DNA of 24,000 bases, from positions 14,329 to 38,328 of the forward strand of contig CAITDI010000057.1 of the NCBI GenBank assembly GCA_903891095.1, in the 5' to 3' direction. The notes beneath the pieces are model-generated. The model ran no database searches and was not told where the DNA came from. It was given only the letters and a program-made list of their open reading frames with translations. Shown one piece after another: positions 7,378 to 15,409 of the stretch. Both the position numbers and the translations under genes were made by a program. The stretch is from an uncultured bacterium. Lineage in GTDB: Bacteria > Planctomycetota > Phycisphaerae > Phycisphaerales > SM1A02. Position 1 is the stretch's first letter. Each line of letters begins with the position of its first letter.

Positions 7378-8121
7378 ATGTGCACCCTTTCGATCATCGC
7401 GCCCGCGCCGCGCAGCTTCGTCCTCGCGTTCAACCGCGATGAGAAGCCCACTCGCGCCGAAACCGATCCGCGCGTGCATACCGGTCGCCGCACCTGGATC
7501 ATGCCGGGCGACACGCAGGCGGGCGGCTCGTGGATCGCGGTCAACGACGCGGGCATCGCGCTCGCGGTCCTCAATCGCAACGACGGTCCGCCGCCCGCCG
7601 ATGCGCCCGCCGATCTGGGCGCGAGCCGCGGGACCCTGGTGCCGGCGCTGGCCGAATGCGGTTCGCTCGACGAGATCCGCTCGGGCGCCGAGCGCATCGC
7701 CGCGGGGATTTCGCGCGCGTTCCGCCTGATCGCGACCGACGGCACGCGCGTGCTTGAGGTGGTCGGCGGGGACCACCGCGCCGACTGCGCGCTCGAGCCG
7801 CTCGTTCGACCGTTCCTGCGCGCGTCGAGCGGACTCGGCGACGCGCTCGTGCGCGAGCCGCGCGGCGAACTCTTCGCGGCGATCGTCGCGCGCGCGCCCG
7901 ACGAGGACCTCGCCGCGGCCCAGCACCACTTCCACCGCCACCGCTGGAACGACCGCCGCCACCTGAGCGTGCTCATGGACCGCGAGGGCGCGCGGACCGT
8001 CAGCATCACCACCATCATCGTCGATGACGCGCGGGTGCAGCTCGTGCACGCGCGGCGCGGCGACGGTGGAGGCCTTCCCGAGAGCCTCCCCGAACTCCGG
8101 CTCGAGCTCGACCGCCGTTGA
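7378..8121 (+). CDS. NRDE-family (TANGO2-like) protein with N-terminal Cys
   Basis: MCTLSIIAPAPRSFVLAFNRDEKPTR carries the Met-Cys start and the eponymous NRDE motif of this family. The gene starts 9 nt after the DinB-like stop. Confidence 0.85.
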   Translation: MCTLSIIAPAPRSFVLAFNRDEKPTRAETDPRVHTGRRTWIMPGDTQAGGSWIAVNDAGIALAVLNRNDGPPPADAPADLGASRGTLVPALAECGSLDEIRSGAERIAAGISRAFRLIATDGTRVLEVVGGDHRADCALEPLVRPFLRASSGLGDALVREPRGELFAAIVARAPDEDLAAAQHHFHRHRWNDRRHLSVLMDREGARTVSITTIIVDDARVQLVHARRGDGGGLPESLPELRLELDRR

Positions 8122-9797
8122 GCGACCCCGCCACCACGCTCCCCGGCGGACTCGAGATCGCCGCCACGATGCCGCCGATCGTGCAGGCGCTCGCGCTGAT
8201 GGTGGGCACATTCATCCTGGAGGACACGACCGCCATCACCGCGGGCCTGCTCGCACACGCCGGCGTCGTGTCGCTTTCCACCGCGATGCTGGGGACGGGA
8301 ATCGGCATCTTTCTCGGCGATCTCGGCCTGTACGCGCTCGGCGCCGCCGCCGCACGCGGCGCGCGCGGGACGGGTTGGGTCCGTCGCAGGCTTCCCGAAG
8401 CGCGGCTGCGCACCGTGGCCGACTGGTTCGGCCGTTCGGGTTGGAAGGCGATCGTCTTCTCGCGATTCGTGTCGGGCTCGCGGCTTCCCATCTATCTCGG
8501 CGCCGGCTTCGTGGGCGCGGGCTTCGCGCGCTTCGCGCTCTGGACCTTCGTGGCCGTGCTGGCGTGGACGCCGCTGGTGGTCGGCGTCACGGCGCTGCTC
8601 GGAAGCTCCGTCTCCAGCATCGCACGCGACCACATCGGCACCAGCCCCGCAGCCTGGATCGCCGTCGCCATCGCGGTGATCGTGCTCATGCAGGGCGCGA
8701 TCCTGGCGGTGGCCCGCCGCCGCGCGATCCTCGTTGCGCTCGATCGCGCGCGTCGATTCGAGTTCTGGCCGAACTGGGCGATCTACGCACCGATGCTCCC
8801 CTGCTTCGCGTGGAATGCCCTGCGTTTCGGCTTCGCGCGCACGCTCACGGTCGTCAATCCGTGCTGGCCCGACTCGGGCGCCGTCGGCGAGAGCAAGCAG
8901 GCGGGCCTCGAGGCCTTCGACAGCGAGTTCGTGTCGCCGAGTTTCCTCCTGGCACCGCCCGAGGGCGGCGCGTTCACGCGCGACCAGATCGACGCCGCCG
9001 TCGCCACGCTCGGGAGCAAGGGGTGGCCCTACCCCGTCATCGTCAAGCCCGATGCGGGACAGCGCGGCCTCGGCGTCAAGCTCGTGCGCGGCGAGCCCGC
9101 GCTGCGCGAGCTCCTCGGGTCGGCACGGGCGCCGGTCATCGTTCAGCGCTTCGAGGCGGGCGCATGCGAGGTCGGACTCTTCTTCATCCGCGATCCGGGC
9201 ACCGACGGCAGGTTGTTCTCGATCTGCGACAAGCGCTTCCCCCACGCCGCGGGTGACGGTCGCTCGACGCTTGCCGAACTCATCGAGCGCGATCCGCGCC
9301 TGCGGCTCCAGGCGCGGGTCTTCCTCGAGCGGTGGGCGGGCCAGCTCGACCGGGTGCTCGCCGCGGGCGAATCACTCCGCCTCGCAAACGCTGGCAACCA
9401 CGCCCAAGGGTGCCTGTTCGTCGACGGCGAGCGCCTTCGAACGCCGAAACTCGAGGCGTGGGTGCGCCGGGCCTGTTCGACCGCGCGCGGCTTCAACTAC
9501 GGCCGACTGGATGTGCGCTTTCCAGACGAGGCGGCATGCCGCCGCGGCGAGGGTGGCGTGATCCTCGAAGCGAACGGCATCACCAGCGAGTCGACCAACA
9601 TGTACGACCCGAAGCTGGGCGCCCTGCGCGCGTGGAAGCTCATGCACGCGCACTGGCGGGCCGCGTTCCGCATCGGCGCGGCGAATCGTGCCAAGGCTGT
9701 TGCAGGAAGCGATCCGGCGGGCATGACGCTGCGCGAGGTGCTCCGCCGTCGGCGGGAATGGCTCGAACGCGCGGACACCCGCGCCATCGCCGACTAG
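8118..9797 (+). CDS. DedA/VTT (SNARE-associated) membrane domain fused to an ATP-grasp ligase domain
   Basis: TTG 8118 overlaps the NRDE stop (TTGA). An alternative ATG is at 8169. The N-terminal ~215 aa are hydrophobic with the DedA motifs ILEDTTAITAGLL and FSRFVSGSRLPIYLGAGF. The C-terminal ~330 aa carry ATP-grasp motifs: PVIVKPDAGQRGLGVKLV, VIVQRFEAGACEVGLFF, GDGRSTLAELIERDPR, GNHAQG and GRLDVRF...VILEANGITSESTNMYDP. Confidence 0.8.
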   Translation: MSDPATTLPGGLEIAATMPPIVQALALMVGTFILEDTTAITAGLLAHAGVVSLSTAMLGTGIGIFLGDLGLYALGAAAARGARGTGWVRRRLPEARLRTVADWFGRSGWKAIVFSRFVSGSRLPIYLGAGFVGAGFARFALWTFVAVLAWTPLVVGVTALLGSSVSSIARDHIGTSPAAWIAVAIAVIVLMQGAILAVARRRAILVALDRARRFEFWPNWAIYAPMLPCFAWNALRFGFARTLTVVNPCWPDSGAVGESKQAGLEAFDSEFVSPSFLLAPPEGGAFTRDQIDAAVATLGSKGWPYPVIVKPDAGQRGLGVKLVRGEPALRELLGSARAPVIVQRFEAGACEVGLFFIRDPGTDGRLFSICDKRFPHAAGDGRSTLAELIERDPRLRLQARVFLERWAGQLDRVLAAGESLRLANAGNHAQGCLFVDGERLRTPKLEAWVRRACSTARGFNYGRLDVRFPDEAACRRGEGGVILEANGITSESTNMYDPKLGALRAWKLMHAHWRAAFRIGAANRAKAVAGSDPAGMTLREVLRRRREWLERADTRAIAD

Positions 9798-9860
9798 ACG
9801 CACGCGGGATGCGACCTCCTGCAAGCCGATCGCGACGCAGCTCGACCATCGCGCCCTCCC

Positions 9861-9990
9861 CGCGACTTCGGTCCGCAACTCGAGGTCGCGACTCGGGGCC
9901 GCGACTCGGGGCCGCGACTCGGGGCCGCGACTCGGGGCCGCATAAGTCGGGGCCGCAAGTCGAGGCCGCAAGTCGGGGCCGCAAGTCCCC
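9861..9990. repeat. 13-bp direct tandem repeat, ~10 copies (consensus CGCGACTCGGGGC)
   Basis: Read directly. There are four perfect copies at 9887-9938. They are flanked by degenerate copies (CGCGACTTCGGTC, CGCAACTCGAGGT, CGCATAAGTCGGGGC, CGCAAGTCGAGGC, CGCAAGTCGGGGC, CGCAAGTCCCCCG). The array starts 64 nt after the stop at 9797. Confidence 0.9.
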
Positions 9991-10367
9991 CGAATGCACG
10001 CCCGCTCTCGCGGGCCCAAACGGAGTCCACAAACCCACGGGTCTGCAGGGATTCTTACTCGGGGCGCACCCCCGATTCGGCGAGCCCGTTGGCTCGATCG
10101 AACGCGGCGGCCCGCTCCCTCTCGCATCCATGCGGCGAAGCCGAGGTCGCAGCCAGTCAAGCAGTTACGCCCGGAGGTCGAACACGGATCACGGGGACTC
10201 TTCATCCGCGCCATTCGAAGGGCAAAGTTCGCGCCGCGATTTGGTTCGTTTTCCATTTGCACTCTCAGGTTCCCGCTGTAACTTTCACCCTGCCGTTGGG
10301 TTTCGAGGCACCGGATACGTTTCCGTTGGTCGAGCCTGAGGACAATTGGACCTTCGAGGAGACTGGC

Positions 10368-12446
10368 ATGGCTCTCAAGAGCACTATCAGCATCGCTTCC
10401 GGCATGACGGCGCTTGGCGCGCTGCTTGTCGCGAACACTGGCGCTTTCGCGCAGTGCACCGTTACCACCGCGACCAACTACACCCAGGTTGACACCGGCT
10501 GCCCCGTCACTGGCGTCACCGACACCAACGGCGGTTGCAACACCACCCCGACTTCGTGGCAGGCCACTGGCACGCTCACCCGCGCCAACCCCAGCTTCAC
10601 GATCTACGGTTCGTGCGGCAGCAACCTCGACGGCACCAGCCGCGACCTCGACTGGTACAGCTTCGACGTCGCTGAGCCGTGCTTCGTCAACGTCAACATC
10701 CAGACCAAGGACCCGGCGACGGGCATCGGCTCGACGAACTTCACCGTGTTCTTCTCGAACACCACCCAGTTCGCCAACTGCGACGCGACCGGCTTCGACT
10801 ACACCGCTTGCCCGATCAACTACGCGGAGCAGGGCGTCAGCGCCGGCACCTGCGGCCTGATCGTCACCACGCCGTTCACCCCGGTCAACAGCTGCAACAC
10901 CGAGTACACGATCACCGTCACGGCTCGCTACTCGACGTTCACCGCCTGCGGTACCCCCGCTGGTGGTGACTGCGGTCACGCCACCCCGGCCGTCGCTGGC
11001 TGCCAGGACGTGACCTGCTGCGACACCATCTGCACGGTCAACCCGCTCTGCTGCGACATCGCGTGGGATCAGTCCTGCGCCGACGCCGCACAGCAGCCGA
11101 CCTCGCTCGGTGGTTGCGGCGTGTTCGTCTACAACTGCACCAACGTTCCGGGCGCCGCGGCCAATGACTGCGCGATCCACGCTCTTTCGACCAACCTCAA
11201 CTCGCTCACCACGTGGAACAACGCCAGCTGCAACACCGACGGCCCGAACAACGGCCAGTGCGGCAGCACCACGCTCCACGACGTGTGGTTCATGACCCTC
11301 GCCCCGTCGAACGGCAACATGACCCTCACCGCGAACTCGCCGACCCAGGACATCGTCCTCTCGGTCTACAACAACGGCACGACTTCGACCGTTGACGGCA
11401 CCCAGCTCGCCAACAACTTCGTCGGCTGCCTTGACAACGCTGGTATCGGTGGCGAAGCCGTCACCCTCACCGGCTGCACGGCTGGCACCTACTACCTCTG
11501 GCGCATCGGCCAGTGGGACCAGGACACCGGCACCGTCGGCGCTGGCGATGTCACCTTCACCTTTGCCCAGGTCGTGTTTGACTCGGGCGTCCACGCTGCG
11601 ATCTGCAGCAACGGCACCGCCACCAACCTCGGTCTCTCCAGCGGCGCCATCGCCGCCGGCAGCCCGCAGCGCTGGCTCGCGGCTCCGTTCACCGTCGCTG
11701 ATCCGGACGGCTCTGGCTCGGGCACCTCGTGGACCGTCAGCCAGGTCATCCCCGAAGGCTTCTACCCGGCCGGCTCCACCAACACCAACATGAACTACAT
11801 CGTGTGGAACCGCAGCGCCACGAACGCTGCTCCGGACTACGCGACCGGTCAGGTTGTGTCGGGTCAGATCGTTGCTCCGGCCACCCTCGGCGGCAACGGC
11901 GAGTGCTACTTCAACACCAACTTCACGCTCGCCAAGGGCGACTACTACCTCACCGTGTTCGCGTCGGCTCCGGGCAACCCCTGCCGCGCCAACGACGGTC
12001 AGGCCGTGCTCTCGAACTACGCGTGGTACGTCGGCGCGCCGACGGGCATCGCGCTCAGCGACGCGACGGGCTTCTACGCCTGGCGTGGCGCGACCCAGCC
12101 CGGCTCTGGTCCGGCCACTGAAGTCGTCATCGCCGGCACGACCACCGCTTGCTCGGGTGGTACGGGTGGCTTCGCGATCTATCGCAGCCTCACCGGTACC
12201 TACGTCAACTGCACCAGCGGCGTGCTCGAAGCCAACGTCTACTCGCCGTCGATGCACATCCTCGGCAGCCCGATCGTTGGCTCCACCTGCCCGACCGACC
12301 TCAACGGTGACAACGCCACCGGCGCGGCCGACCTCTCCATCCTCCTCAGCGGATGGGGTACCGGCTCGCCCGACCTCAACGGCGACGGCGTGGTTGGCTC
12401 TGCCGACCTCTCCATCCTGCTCAACGGTTGGGGCGCCTGCCCGTAA
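10368..12446 (+). CDS. secreted Cys-rich protein with beta-sandwich-like modules and two C-terminal dockerin-type repeats
   Basis: Internal ATG (10368) of track ORF 10089..12446, preceded by GAGGAG. Signal peptide MALKSTISIASGMTALGALLVANTGAFAQ. DLDWYSFDV is a pre-peptidase-C-terminal-like motif. A small disulfide-rich module reads GDCGHATPAVAGCQDVTCCDTICTVNPLCCDIAWDQSCADAA. The C-terminus is DLNGDNATGAADLSILLSGWG / DLNGDGVVGSADLSILLNGWG. Confidence 0.8.
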   Translation: MALKSTISIASGMTALGALLVANTGAFAQCTVTTATNYTQVDTGCPVTGVTDTNGGCNTTPTSWQATGTLTRANPSFTIYGSCGSNLDGTSRDLDWYSFDVAEPCFVNVNIQTKDPATGIGSTNFTVFFSNTTQFANCDATGFDYTACPINYAEQGVSAGTCGLIVTTPFTPVNSCNTEYTITVTARYSTFTACGTPAGGDCGHATPAVAGCQDVTCCDTICTVNPLCCDIAWDQSCADAAQQPTSLGGCGVFVYNCTNVPGAAANDCAIHALSTNLNSLTTWNNASCNTDGPNNGQCGSTTLHDVWFMTLAPSNGNMTLTANSPTQDIVLSVYNNGTTSTVDGTQLANNFVGCLDNAGIGGEAVTLTGCTAGTYYLWRIGQWDQDTGTVGAGDVTFTFAQVVFDSGVHAAICSNGTATNLGLSSGAIAAGSPQRWLAAPFTVADPDGSGSGTSWTVSQVIPEGFYPAGSTNTNMNYIVWNRSATNAAPDYATGQVVSGQIVAPATLGGNGECYFNTNFTLAKGDYYLTVFASAPGNPCRANDGQAVLSNYAWYVGAPTGIALSDATGFYAWRGATQPGSGPATEVVIAGTTTACSGGTGGFAIYRSLTGTYVNCTSGVLEANVYSPSMHILGSPIVGSTCPTDLNGDNATGAADLSILLSGWGTGSPDLNGDGVVGSADLSILLNGWGACP

Positions 12447-12520
12447 GTCGAACCTGATCCGACCCCAAGCGGCGTCCCTCGCGGGACTCCTCTGAAGGAT
12501 CGGTCAAGCAGACAGAATCA

Positions 12521-12558
12521 CGCCCCCCTCGGCTTCGGCCGAGGGGGGCGTTGCTTTT
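12521..12558 (+). terminator. rho-independent terminator
   Basis: Perfect 13-bp stem CGCCCCCCTCGGC / GCCGAGGGGGGCG with a TTCG tetraloop (12534-12537), followed by TTGCTTTT. It lies 75 nt after the stop at 12446. Confidence 0.85.
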
Positions 12559-12706
12559 GGCGAGTGCTCGAGCTTCGCGCGCAACCCTTTGCCATGCTTG
12601 CAGGAATGGAGAAAGATCGTTGGCGAACCGCCGCGTTCGACCGATGATGGTTGACCACCTTCGCTGCGCCCAATCGGGTCGCCGCCAAGTCAGTATCGAG
12701 GACCTC

Positions 12707-15046
12707 ATGCATCACGCCGTGCTCCGCATCCGCTCGCTCGCTTCCGCAGTCGCCTTCGTGTCGATCGCAATGATCGCGCTCGCCTCGCCTGCCGCTCACG
12801 CCCAGCAAGGCAAGGACATCACGCTCCGCCTCGAGCGCGACAACACCGTCGTCGCCGAGAGCTGCACGGTCGAGACTCCCGCGTTCGCCCTCGCCGACGC
12901 CGACGGCAACGGCGTGATCCAGATCAAGGGTCGCGCGGACGGCACGCGCATCGTCGTCGACCTCGGCGGCAACATGCTGCTGGGCGGCGTGGGCACGCCC
13001 GAGCGCCTCACGGGCATCGGCATCGCCATCACAGGCCGCAACGTGACGCTGCGCCACGGTCGCCTCAAGGGCTTCAAGGTCGCCATCAGCGCACAGGACT
13101 GCGACGGTCTCGTGCTCGAGGACCTCGACACCAGCGACAACTACGCGCAGCTCCTGCGCTCCACGCCGTGGGCCGAGGACGAGGCCGACTGGCTCTTCCC
13201 CCACAAGAACGACAACGACGAGTGGGCCAAGCAGCACGGCGCGGGCATCTCGGTCAGCCGCGCCAAGGGCGTGTCGATCCACAACATCTTCACCCGCCAC
13301 ACGCAGAACGGCATCCTGCTCGACCGCGTCACCGACTCGCAGGTCTACGACAACGACTGCTCGTTCCTCTCGGGCTGGGGCCTCGCCATGTGGCGCTCTT
13401 CGGGCAACACGGTCTGCCGCAACAGCTTTGACTTCTGCCTCCGCGGCTACTCGCACGGCAAGTACAACCGCGGCCAGGACTCCGCGGGCATCCTGATGTT
13501 CGAGCAGTGCTCCGACAACATGATCGCGCTCAACAGCGCGACCCACTGCGGCGACGGCATCTTCGGCTTCGCCGGCAACGAGGCGCTCGGCGAGACGCCT
13601 TCGCCGTCGTCCAAGATCGACCTCGACCAGAACGGCAAGGAGAAGGATCCCGGCGCCCGCTACCGCGGCCGCGGCTGCAACGGCAACCGCTTCATCGGCA
13701 ACGACCTCTCGTTCGCCGCGGCGCACGGCCTCGAGATGACGTTCAGCTTTGGCAATGTGATCGCCCGCAACAAGTTCGACTCGAACGCCATCTGCGGCAT
13801 CTGGGGCGGCTACGCCCGCGAGACCGTGATCGTCGGCAACCAGTTCAACAGCAACGGTCGCCTCATGACCGGCTCCGAGCGCGGCGCGATCAACATGGAG
13901 CACGCGCAGCGCTGCGTCGTGGCCAACAACAACTTCAAGCGCGACATCGTGGGCGTCGCGATCTGGAGCGATGAAGACGCGGGCATCGCCAAGCTGCCGT
14001 GGGCCAAGGCCAACGGCATGAACGCGAGCGCCAATCGCATCGTCGGCAATCGCTTGATCGACTGCGACACCGGCATCCTGCTCACCGGCGCAAAGGACAC
14101 GATCCTCGCCGGCAACACGCTCGAGGGCGAGGGCAAGCTGCTCGAGGAGAAGGACACCGCGGGCACCGTCCAGAAGGACGCCGCACCCGAGCGCGACGGA
14201 CCGTCCGACGCCGACTTCGACGCGATGCTCGCCAAGCTGCCCGGCACCCGCAAGGCGGTCGGCGCCCGCGAGAACCTCCGCGGCCGCGACCACAACGTCG
14301 TCCTCAACTACGGGCCGTACGAGTGGCTCAAGCCGATCGTCGTCCGCATCACCCCGAGCCAGCACGAGGGTCGCTTCCAGGCCTACGGCTTCCCGGCCCG
14401 ACTCGACGGCGTCAGCGTCGTGGGCAACGGCCCGATCATGGCGGGCATGGACTTCGGCACGGGCATGTCGATGGTGACCGCCAACATCCGCGGCTACCCC
14501 GCGCCGTACTACCTGCAGGTGCGCGACGTCTTCCACAACGAGGCGCGCGTCCTCGCCATCGCGGCGTCCGCGGACTGGGAGACCAAGGTCTTCGCGCTGG
14601 ATTCCGCCGACAAGAAGCTCGACGCGGTCCCCTCGCTCGAGGCCTTCCACGCCCTCGCCGAGGCCGAGCCGCGCACGTCGGTGGTGTTCGAGATCGACTG
14701 GAACTTCGGCGGCAACGCCCCGCAGGCGACCATCGACCACCCGGATATCAAGCAGATGACGCTCCCCGCCGACCGCTTCGGCATCGTGAGCAAGACCAAG
14801 CTCAACTTCCAGCCCGGCCGCTGGAAGGTCAACATCGAGAGCGACGACGGCGTGCGACTGCTGATCGACGGCAAGGTCGCGATCGACCGCTGGAACATCC
14901 ACAAGCCCACCGTCGACAGCTACGAGTGGGAAGTCACCGAGCGCAAGGACAGCGTCTTTGAGCTCGAGTACTTTGAAAATGTCGGCCCCGCGCGCCTGCG
15001 CGTGTGGTTCGACGCGATCGATCCCAAGGTCCTGGGCGCCAACTGA
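12707..15046 (+). CDS. secreted right-handed parallel beta-helix protein with a C-terminal PA14 domain
   Basis: Internal ATG (12707) of track ORF 12551..15046. Signal peptide MHHAVLRIRSLASAVAFVSIAMIALASPAAHAQ. Repeated beta-helix turns (NRFIGNDLSFAAAHGLE, NVIARNKFDSNAICGIWG, VIVGNQFNSNG, RIVGNRLIDCDTGILL, ILAGNTLEG). The C-terminal PA14-like segment reads GRWKVNIESDDGVRLLIDGKVAIDRW...FELEYFENVGPARLRVWF. Confidence 0.8.
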   Translation: MHHAVLRIRSLASAVAFVSIAMIALASPAAHAQQGKDITLRLERDNTVVAESCTVETPAFALADADGNGVIQIKGRADGTRIVVDLGGNMLLGGVGTPERLTGIGIAITGRNVTLRHGRLKGFKVAISAQDCDGLVLEDLDTSDNYAQLLRSTPWAEDEADWLFPHKNDNDEWAKQHGAGISVSRAKGVSIHNIFTRHTQNGILLDRVTDSQVYDNDCSFLSGWGLAMWRSSGNTVCRNSFDFCLRGYSHGKYNRGQDSAGILMFEQCSDNMIALNSATHCGDGIFGFAGNEALGETPSPSSKIDLDQNGKEKDPGARYRGRGCNGNRFIGNDLSFAAAHGLEMTFSFGNVIARNKFDSNAICGIWGGYARETVIVGNQFNSNGRLMTGSERGAINMEHAQRCVVANNNFKRDIVGVAIWSDEDAGIAKLPWAKANGMNASANRIVGNRLIDCDTGILLTGAKDTILAGNTLEGEGKLLEEKDTAGTVQKDAAPERDGPSDADFDAMLAKLPGTRKAVGARENLRGRDHNVVLNYGPYEWLKPIVVRITPSQHEGRFQAYGFPARLDGVSVVGNGPIMAGMDFGTGMSMVTANIRGYPAPYYLQVRDVFHNEARVLAIAASADWETKVFALDSADKKLDAVPSLEAFHALAEAEPRTSVVFEIDWNFGGNAPQATIDHPDIKQMTLPADRFGIVSKTKLNFQPGRWKVNIESDDGVRLLIDGKVAIDRWNIHKPTVDSYEWEVTERKDSVFELEYFENVGPARLRVWFDAIDPKVLGAN

Positions 15047-15409
15047 GCGCGACCCGCCGCCCAATCTCCGCACATCGGGATCCCGCCCCTTTCCACCCCT
15101 CCCGACCGAGGATTCCATTTCCTTTGGGCGCGGGAGGTGGTATGGTTCAACAATGCTCTCCTCCTCCAACCGCTCCGCATGATGAACGCCTCGACCAGAG
15201 GCCGTTCCGTGTGCATCGGCTTGGAGCGCGCGAGCGTCCCTTCCCTGCTTCTGTCATTGCGCATGTCATCGCTGCGAACGCCCGTCGGTGGCGCGGTCGC
15301 TGCGTCTCACACTTCGATTTCCGCCACCGGACAAAGGAACTGACCCATCTATCCGCCGCGTAGACCATTCGGGGGACCCCCGCGTGACCAGAGGGACTTC
15401 GGTCCCCGC

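Noticed and set aside
6820-9245. Minus-strand ORFs 6820..8211 and 7242..9245, and several plus-strand alternative-frame ORFs (8024..9256, 8734..9561)
   Set aside because: They overlap the DinB-like, NRDE and DedA::ATP-grasp genes in other frames. They are Arg/Pro/Ala-rich and show no domain signatures.
9861-9990. Possibility that the 13-bp repeat array is a CRISPR array
   Set aside because: The units are contiguous with no unique spacers, they are far shorter than CRISPR repeats, and there are no cas genes in the window.
9372-12257. 961-aa minus-strand ORF spanning the ATP-grasp 3' end, the 13-bp repeat array and the dockerin-protein gene
   Set aside because: It is antisense to two genes with clear domain content and runs through a non-coding tandem repeat. 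Its composition (G/A/R/V/D) is typical of a shadow ORF.
12518-15169. 883-aa minus-strand ORF antisense to the beta-helix/PA14 gene
   Set aside because: Same reasoning. The plus-strand product has a signal peptide, beta-helix repeats and a PA14 domain. The antisense product has none and would read through the strong plus-strand terminator hairpin.
15004-15368. Small ORFs (119, 68, 74 and 73 aa) in the gap between the PA14 gene and infC, and a possible hairpin GGAGGTGG...CCTCCTCC at ~15134-15168
   Set aside because: The ORFs overlap each other in different frames, lack start-site context and look like random translation. The hairpin has a mismatch, a 19-nt loop and no T-tract. I could not recognise a tRNA or any known leader. 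The ~360-nt gap remains unexplained.
3889-15409. Calling the thrS-infC intervening block a genomic island or mobile element
   Set aside because: There is no integrase, transposase, tRNA target, flanking direct repeats or visible composition shift. Only the synteny observation is retained.
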